A stretch of DNA of 39,497 nt from Octopus bimaculoides (Eukaryota), in contig NC_068985.1 in NCBI RefSeq assembly GCF_001194135.2, positions 69,974,842 to 70,014,338 on the forward strand. The letters are read 5' to 3'. The translations under genes were made by a program, and so were the position numbers. Every line of letters starts with the position of its first letter. Positions within the stretch are counted from its first letter, which is position 1. The notes under the pieces were generated by a model. The model was not told the origin of the DNA, ran no database searches, and saw only the letters and a list, made by a program, of their open reading frames with translations. Below are positions 31,240 to 39,497 of this stretch, piece by piece.

Positions 31240-33050
31240 CGATTTATCAACAAATGTAGTGAAGACTATGTAACCCTATTAGGAAGTAAAATATCAGCAC
31301 ACCACAGGGCTTTACTTCACTTGTGGTAGTAGATCTTGACCGATACAACATAGTAATTTCTGCTTTTTCTGAAGCAAGAACAACAGGGTAAGTTTAAGTA
31401 ACTGATACGGAGTATGGTTCCAGTTTAATTAGGTATAGCATGACATGAGAAAGAACAGAGCTGACTTCGCGATCAAGAAATCCTTTCACACCGGCTATCA
31501 CGACTGCAACATGTGGTCTAATTTAGCCCGCTTTGGGATTGCCACATTAAACAGCTGTAATGTTGTACCTGATGCAGTTATGTTTTGATAAATGTGTTAT
31601 AAGAAGCTATATATTTATTTAAACAAAATAGAAATAAACTAATTTTATTTTACCTACATTGTCGTAGTACCAAAATATAAAAACTAGTTAATTGTTTGGT
31701 ATTAATATTTTAATTGTTAGACGGCTAACTACCTAGTACAAGCAAAGCTTAAGATTTGTTGGTACAAAGTTTACAACCGATAACATGGAGGTTCAGAAAT
31801 GGTGGAATATTGACAGACTACGAGACCCTATATCTGCATTTTGTCGTAAAGTTCCAGCAAATTTATTGTCTAATATTTTATGGTAAGATTTAAACAAAAT
31901 ATTTACTACTTTTGCCAATATCCTGGAATTCAGGAAACGCAGTTGCAAAGTTAATTTTATAAAAATAACTCAGAAATATCTGAGCTCTAGACATCACGCA
32001 TAAATTTCACCGGCAATCCTTCAAGCCTAATTTATGTAGAAATTATTGAACGGCTATAAATCTACTTTGCAGAGCAGTTAGAACTGAAGGCAATACATAA
32101 TGCACGGTTGTTTGGCATATTCAAACATTCTTAACTAGCTATTCTCAGAAAATAACTTTCGAAAGTACTAACATTCGGTGCTCGCCAATTAAGCACTGGG
32201 GGTATGACTTCAAATGGTGAATCAAAATTAATCTGAAAGTATTCTGATGGGATGGATAGAGTATCTTAAAGATTTGTTTTTATAACCTGCAACAGAGGAT
32301 AATGTTATTCAATATCTGCTGCAATTCTATAGTATTTTCGAAATAAGAAAATGGTGCTATAAGTGAGGAGGTCCAAAGTTCCGTTAAATAGATCAACTTA
32401 GAAAGATAACCTCTGGGACTGAGACCGATTATGTAATCTAACTAACTGTAATAGGTCAATTCTTTGCATGAACAGATCTAAGGAGAAAAGTTCCAAGTTC
32501 GGCTGTGGTACCTTACGTGAGCTTGCAATAATTGGTTGAATATTTGCTGTATATCTATGAAATCGGTTGCACACATGCATATGACCCAGAGACTCAGTAT
32601 TTTTCAGTAATTCGATGTGGGTATTCATCGGCGCAGAATTTTTCTTTGGTTTACAAAAACGCTTGTGATTTTATAAAAAAAAAATTCCCTGTGGACTATA
32701 CTGGGAAATTTTAGACGTCCATCTTATTGTTGATATGGTATAAAGACCTACTTCAATTCAAAGATAATCTGTTAGTACCGAGCAGTAGTGTTGGAAAGGA
32801 TGACACACATACGTCAACATTGTTTTCTATATATTTGCATTGGAGATTACTCATGCATTTAAGAGCTATGATTTAGATATCACTGTCTATTATTACACTA
32901 CAGGTAAGCTGTTTAATCTGAAACGCATTGAAACTAAATCAAAATTGTTTATGGCAACAGTTCGCCATTTGTTTTGAGCTAAAGATTGTGAATTGGAGAT
33001 CACTAGAAACAAAATATTCAGAAAGTAGTGTACCTTTACCTGATGAGTTT
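31240..33050 (+). mobile_element. RTE-clade (BovB-like) LINE, heavily decayed and internally shortened
   Basis: APE: LVVVDLDRYNIVISAFSEAR (about 31320-31380; compare ALVA.EL.RYNIDIAALSETR) and DFAIKK. RT: LAIIG*IFAVYL*NRL, LWTILGNF, and GKLFNLKRIETKSKLFMATVRHLF*AKDCEL (32903-33000; compare GKLFNLRRL.AKTK..VRELLFADDCAL). Confidence 0.85.
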
Positions 33051-36000
33051 ACTGCTTACATTTAGCCTTGAAAACATAATGTGATGTTTACACTTCCTTT
33101 ACGAGAAACGTATGTATAACAAAGTATACTTGTCCCAGTGACTATGTAATTAGAGTATTACTATCACTCTACTGGTGGCAATGAAAGAAGTGTCAGGCAA
33201 GTAGTATCTTAATTTATTAAATGCTCTCTCTCCATTTACATTTTTGGCATTCTGATAGCTAAAGTATGTCCAAATTGTAACTATTATATTCAGGGAGTAT
33301 TTTAGAATATTTATGTTTAAATTAACGCTTGATTCGTGCGATCAAGTTTCGTTTTTCTGGATACAGCATGTTCCCAGGTTGGATTTTAAGTGTTTGCATT
33401 TATTTCTGAAATATTGGTGGCATCAGTAGACTGAAAATTGTGTTGTGAAAATTGTTTTCCCACTGATTCCATTAACAGACTTTTCTGTCTCCGAAAAACT
33501 TTCGAGTTTACTAAATGTTCATATGAGACCGACAAAGATAAAATCCTACACATCATTGGCCCTAACCCTATACAATTAGTGAACGTGTAAATATGTTATA
33601 ATTTCATTGTATGTTTTAGCGGACAGTCTTACAAATAAAAGGAGTGACAATTTATATGCTCCAGGTACTTAATAAGTGAATGAAGTTCAGTCAGCCGTGG
33701 TAGAAGACATACGTCCACTGTAACAGAAGTGATCGACGTCTACAACATACATTCATGATGATAATGATATAATGACTGCTTAACTACATATGTTGCGAAA
33801 ATACGCATTAAATTTGGGAAAATTATATATATCAATCAACGTATGACGACGAACCAGTGATTAGTTACTCTGATAATGTGCTTAAGTAAAACATACGATT
33901 AGTCACAGTTCCTAATGGTAAACGTTTTGAAGCCACATAATTTTAATAACTTATAGCCATATACACGGATGGCAAATTCAACCCCTACCTCCTTGCGATT
34001 ATAATTCTAGGAACTGTGTCACTGATTGGTACATCCATCAATGTTGTTAAGAATAAACACATGTAATGCTGCAAAGAAAGTAATGTTGTGTGCTGTAGAT
34101 ATAAAAACATTTTGCCAACAATGGAAACATGTATGTGGATTTGTGACATGCTAATAATAATATGGAAAACTTCGTTAATTAACATTCGATTTTTTTTAGA
34201 AAAGAAGGCGTTACACACTATGCTGCTACATACATGTTAATATGTTGACAGGTGTATGATTGGAATGTTTGAATACTGTGTCAGCTTTGGCCTCTGGTTA
34301 AGGTACAAAAAATGACATGCTGGCGTCTCCAGTGAAATTTCTCGAATGTTTATATTGTTATCTCTCACAAGGCAGAAGCAATTGAATGAAATAGACAGAA
34401 GTTTTGTTCTTTCACTACCAAATCCCAGTAAGAATGTTCCTCAGAGTATAGATTGAATGATTTCGAACTTATGGTGTAACAGTCAACGATATTTTATTTC
34501 TATCAAACCCTGATCTTAGGCGGCAGTTACTTTACACACGCATCATAATTGATTATGTTAGAATAAAATGACCTGGGCGCACAAAATAGCAGGTTCAGAT
34601 AGGTAACACTATTTATAGAAATGCATTGTCGAAGACCGTAGATTCAACATTTCTAGACTTACCTTCGGTTATTACTCAGATCGTTTGTTACGCGAACCAA
34701 TAAAATGGCTGTCATGTGTTGACTTGACATTCACCTTTTCATTGACAAAGGTTATATCACTATCGACACAAAGCAAGAGAATATGTTTCTTTTTATTTAG
34801 TGTATCTGCCTCTACATACAAAGTGAAACAGTATATATTAGGTGAAAATAGCCCTACTATAATAAACTACCCTCGAGAATGATAAAAGAGCACCACTTTG
34901 AGAAAACTCCAGAAGAATCTGTAATTTTGTTCAATTATTGGTCTTATGTTTTTTTTTTAGATTGAATTTATCGCATTTCGAGATATTGCTCCGTAGGAAA
35001 TATATTTTCCTCCACTTTTCTTTCACTTTTGCTCTCTTAATATGTTTGTAAGCACGCGCACACAAACAGAATCTCATGAACGCAGAGACATATGCGCCAA
35101 TAGACAAATGCCTGCACAAACACATCATGTATGTATATATGTATTTGTCTGAGTGAATAGTACTTTCCCTGAATACGGGAATATGTGCATGTGTCTGTAT
35201 GTATATGTATACGTGCGCCTACATATGTATAAGTGAAAATATATATGAACTTGTATAATCCAGGAACATTTCTTACTCTTCTTCTCCTTTCTCATTTTTA
35301 CATCGTCCATGGTTTCGGGCATAACAATTCTGAAGATGGATGAGCTATACGGTTAATTTGAACAAACTACTTGAAGAATTCACCGTTTTTCTTCAATTTG
35401 TCTCTGCTATAGTAACTTCTCTGAAAAGGTAGCATTAATTCAGGCAAAAATAATCACCTATGAATTATGATATTAGACCAGTAGAGACAAATTAGTGGGA
35501 AACGAATTGGTCTTGAAGATTAAAGGATGGAACTAGTAAATATATATATCGACTGACACTGTTATGCTGTGAAATAGCAAATTGCTAAGAAGCGAGTAAC
35601 CAATATTTATTGATCTTTTCTAACATCAGGAAGAAAAAGACGTTATCTGCACTATAAAACTCATGAAAGTACTTCAAAATTGTTTATAAATTTGACACGA
35701 CACAAGCAGTTCATTCTATCAACATTCTTAACAACTCTATTGGCAGGTATGTGAGGCGAAAAATATAAAGAGCCTTGCCCGGTAGTTAATACATGAGAAA
35801 CAATTTTAGCCTGAAGGATGGTGTGACGTTCAACTCTGTGAAAGATATAACGTGACAAAATTTGCATTATATCCATGAACATGTGTCATAATGATTGTGT
35901 ATTAGTATTTGAATTAATAGAATGTTATTGTTGTTCTTTATTCTAGGTCGCCCGAGAATGAGTTTGCATGTGAACTTAGGTATTTTTGCCATGACCATCA

Positions 36001-36085
36001 TACTTAGAAAACCAGTATATGGCAGATTGCTTTATTCTTTATAACAAGTTTTACTAACACGACCGTACGTGGTTTGTAGTGGATA

Positions 36086-36522
36086 TACGAGATTGGCTGA
36101 AAAGTTCATAGGCTGACAATGAAGGAGTGTAGCTAGAGATAGGAAAACTTGAATGCATTCATTTCAGTCGTTATTAATAACAGTATTGTTTCCTTCCACG
36201 TAAACTGATATCTGGCTATTCAAAGATGACGGTATCTACTGGACTGTAACTTATAGAGGCCCCTCTCGAAAATCGACAAAATTTGGCATCGTGGTGTGAT
36301 CAAATGCCTGTAGAAAAAGAGTTCATCCCAAGGACATTCATTCTGTCATGTATATTACGTTAAATAATGATATTCCCATTTTATCAACAGCACAAAAATG
36401 AGTAACTGAATTTAGGAGGGGAAGGGCGAGTGCTGAGGATGACCCAAGGTATAGACGTCCTGGAAGTGCTACCACCAAGGATAATATTGTGTTCGCGACA
36501 TCGTGCTGAATGACAGGCTATC

Positions 36523-36528
<6 letters not shown>
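36086..36528 (+). mobile_element. Mariner (Tc1/mariner) 5' TIR and transposase N-terminal HTH fragment
   Basis: TA at 36084-85, then TACGAGATTGGCTGAAAAGTTCATAGGCTGAC as the TIR. Frameshifted DKIWHRGVIKCL*KK..KDIHS..LSTAQK*VTEFRRGRASAEDDPRYRRPGSATTK..RDIVLNDR. It ends in (TA)n and no right TIR is seen. Confidence 0.88.
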
Positions 36529-36563
<35 letters not shown>

Positions 36564-36573
36564 NNNNNNNNNN

Positions 36574-37980
36574 ATTGTTAGTATTGCTATGTCTGGTATA
36601 GAAACTACCCTCATTGTTTGTAATGCGTGTGATATTATAGTTATGGCTATTGAGTTTATTCCTATAGTTGGGTTTATGTTTACTATTGCTCCTGTCTGAT
36701 TTATTTAAGTTATTTCTGTATGGGTTATGTGGACTCAATGACCTGGTGCTATGGTTTTTAATAGGGTTTATCTTCGTTCTTTGTGAATTTTAAATTTTTT
36801 TTATCGGTGTGTAGGTTTATATTATTCTTATTATAGCTATTATTATTTTTCAACTTATTTTTATAATTCGTGTAATTAGTCTTGTTAATGTTGTTAATTT
36901 TATTGTTAGTATTCATGTTGTCGTTGTTTGTAATACAATTGGTGATTTGTGTATGGGATTTAATATTGTTTCCATTGCTATTATTTTTGTTGAGCTTACC
37001 TATGCTGTTCTTATTGTTGGTGTAGTCTGTATTGACGTTTGGTGTGTTGTTTGTGTTAATTATATTATCGTGCAGATTTCTGTTATTTAGGTTATTTGTA
37101 TAGTGATTGGAATCTCGGTGTTTAATTTTTTGTTTGAATCCTGCGTTATCTCGTGCGATATTATAGATTTCCTTATGCTTATTAAAAATATGATGGTTGG
37201 GAAAAAGGTGGGGTATGCTATTGCTAATATTATGTACTGAACCGCTCTTAATAAAGTTCGGATGGTTACTGGATGCATTTATGTATCTGAGGTTAGTGTT
37301 GGGTTTTATATAGGGTTCGTTGAGACCTGTGACTAAGTTGCAGTTTGTGTCTAAGTAGTTAATGAAGTTGTGTTCTTTTTCTATAGAAATAAATAGTCCA
37401 AATCTTTTAAAAAATGTGTGTATCTTTTTCTTGATAAGCTCTAGTTTCCTATTTGAGGGTTTTTTATTATAAAAAGCGCATCGTTCATGCATAATCCACC
37501 CTTGAGTTCTGAGAATTCATACTGTATATATGATAGCAAATAAATGCCCGTCAGGTCAGTTACTTGTGCTGAATCTGGGGTTCCCATAGTGATATCAAAA
37601 GAGTTAGGGAGTTCTTTCGTACTCAGAGTTTGTTATCAAAGCCTATAACTGATTTCCTCGCTTCTACTATTACTGTTATTTCCTTCATAGTTAAATGCGT
37701 GTGGTTTTTGGCGAATATTAAGGCGCTATTTAGGATCGTAGGGTTAATTAAGGAGTTGTAATCTACTATGTCTATCTGCATGAATTTGTAGTTCCTCGTG
37801 TTCTGTATATTGGAGAACCAGTTTAGGACTTCATATGTGTTAGACCATAATTATTGGGCTATTCTACTTTTCTACTTAGTGTTGTATTTGTCGAATTTAT
37901 TTTAACCAGTTTACATAGGTCTGATTTCTTTGGACACATTAATCTTTCTCTAGTATAGGATAAGAAATTGGGTTATGGAC
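36574..37980 (-). mobile_element. Penelope-like reverse transcriptase, thumb and Asn-rich linker, pseudogenised
   Basis: Motifs seen: LWSNTYEVLNWFSNI..FMQIDIVDY; FDITMGTPDSAQVTDLTGIYLL (37582-37599 onward); YRDD decayed to LCMND; INYLDTNCNL..PYIKPNTNLRYINASSNHP. Confidence 0.92.
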
Positions 37981-37984
37981 ATTT

Positions 37985-38730
37985 AGCGTGATTCAAGGTC
38001 TGGATGGCACGAAGGGTTCAGTTTTGTCCAGGCATGTGCTGAGTCTAAGACACCTTTGGCTCTCTCTGGATGGTGACTGGGTGTGGAATGTGTTTGCAGA
38101 GGAACTCTTTCTTCGACTGACCTCCTTGGAGGAACTGAAACCCGACTTCATTAAAAGACATAACACGACTGAATGTCAAAAGGAATGCCGGCAGGCACTC
38201 TTGCTAATCCATAAGGCGGGCAAGGCTTGCAGCAGGGATACCACCTCGGTATTCTATAGAGAGCTGGTAGAGATAAAGAGGAATGAAGCCTTAGGAGAAG
38301 CTCTGGGGCTCAATGAGAGCCAGCTAGCCAACCCGTTTCAAAGAACTTTCAGGCCGAGTACCTGGATAACTACAAGAAAGCCCTAACATGGCAGTGCTAT
38401 AGGAGTGCGTTACCTGTAGAGCAAGTGCTGTCGCATCTAGGAAGAGTACAGCTATCTGCTGAGTTCATGATCGAGAATGTACCAACAACCGGACTATCAA
38501 AGGAAGGTGAGCCATGTTCTTTTTTTATGCACAGTCGCAGTATTGAAACAATGCATATGGAAAACAAGAATGAAAGAGTCGCGACGGTAATTTTCATCTC
38601 CGGCCCTGGTTTGTTATATTACTTCAGATATCATCTGTAGAGCAAGATAGGGCTGGAGAGGAGACACCTGTCACGAAGTACATTCGGGAAAAGATTGAAG
38701 GATGTGGCAAGGAAGTTGGGTATGAATGAC
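37985..38730 (+). mobile_element. L1/Tx1-like LINE ORF2 3' fragment (same family as 8898-10917)
   Basis: LRHLW..W..F..LFLRL..; FQRTF; frameshifted DNYKKALTWQCYRSALPV; YFRYHL*SKIGLERRHLS..FGKRLKDVA. These parallel 10170-10679. Confidence 0.85.
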
Positions 38731-39145
38731 CTCACTTAATCTCATCAATGGTAGAAAAGTATAGTGTAGATGTTGGGCTTGATGGCCAAGGTTAAACTTG
38801 TAAAACTTTTAAATTTTTTAAAATATAACATTCATCATCATATTTTTAAAACTACTGTGAAAGAAAACTCTTAAATGCACTATTTGTTTATAACGTCCTG
38901 TGTTGTCCCATCCATGTATGATATATAATTATCGTAATAATGAATCATCTCTTAGGTACTTCTCATTGACAAGAGTCAATAAACTCGAAACATGGAGTTT
39001 CTCGAGAGATGGCAACACTGAATAGACTAGATGTTTTCCCTCCTTTTTACCATTAGAAAGAACTGTCTCCACGGTCATTGCAGTGTGTTTGCATTTAGCA
39101 GTTGAAACATATGACAAACACATTTCAACTAACTTAACTTGTGAT

Positions 39146-39176
<31 letters not shown>

Positions 39177-39497
39177 TTAGGACTTTGGGTTGTAACATTC
39201 CTGATGTGGAAACGTGTGTTGAAACAGATATTATTATATTTCAGGACGGTCATTTCTTTGCCAAATAAACAAACTCACTTTAAATTTGTTTTTCACTCGT
39301 TTATTTCTGCTCTTATTTTAGCTGATCTCCAAAGGACAATGGACATCAGTAAAAAAAAATAATACTAATATACGTGTGAAGAATGAATTTATAGTACGTG
39401 TTCATTTGGCAAAAGAACTGTCCATCCCGAAATATATCAATATATATACATAAATAAATGCAGATAATTAGAAGCGCTAACTCTGCATATATATATA

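Noticed and set aside
38929-39280. Short ORFs and an AG-preceded DGHFFAK* segment as possible host exons
   Set aside because: No homology recognised, and splice signals are insufficient without RNA data.
1-39497. CRISPR arrays, operons, prokaryotic promoters or terminators
   Set aside because: There is no repeat-spacer array. The sequence is eukaryotic repeat-rich DNA, and the hairpins found are better explained as element termini or ribozyme stems.

Overview
This is AT-rich eukaryotic DNA from a gapped short-read assembly (11 N-runs, most next to microsatellites). The SINE families and the density of (TA)/(CA)/(TAA) repeats resemble an octopus/cephalopod genome; that is recall, not a database hit. 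I find no intact host gene, rRNA, true tRNA or CRISPR array, and most of the supplied ORFs are microsatellite translations. The window is a stack of decayed mobile elements: Penelope-like (GIY-YIG) fragments, two R4/Dong-like LINE fragments, two L1/Tx1-like LINE copies, an RTE LINE, Helitron fragments, a mariner 5' end and about a dozen tRNA-derived SINE copies. The best leads are: (1) type I hammerhead-ribozyme-like motifs of two designs with palindromic stem III, clearest at 24981-25083 and 16620-16654, lying among Penelope-like relics; (2) a Dong-like LINE and an adjacent ~500 bp non-coding unit, each bounded by TAA-type microsatellites, suggesting a microsatellite-targeting LINE with a non-autonomous partner; (3) two tandem Helitron-like hairpin+CTAG 3' ends; (4) a 520 bp-period duplication with a templated 19 bp inversion at its left junction. 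I cannot support a wholly new biological system from this sequence. These are probably lineage-specific versions of known element biology. All protein assignments come from motif recognition by eye, and boundaries are approximate.
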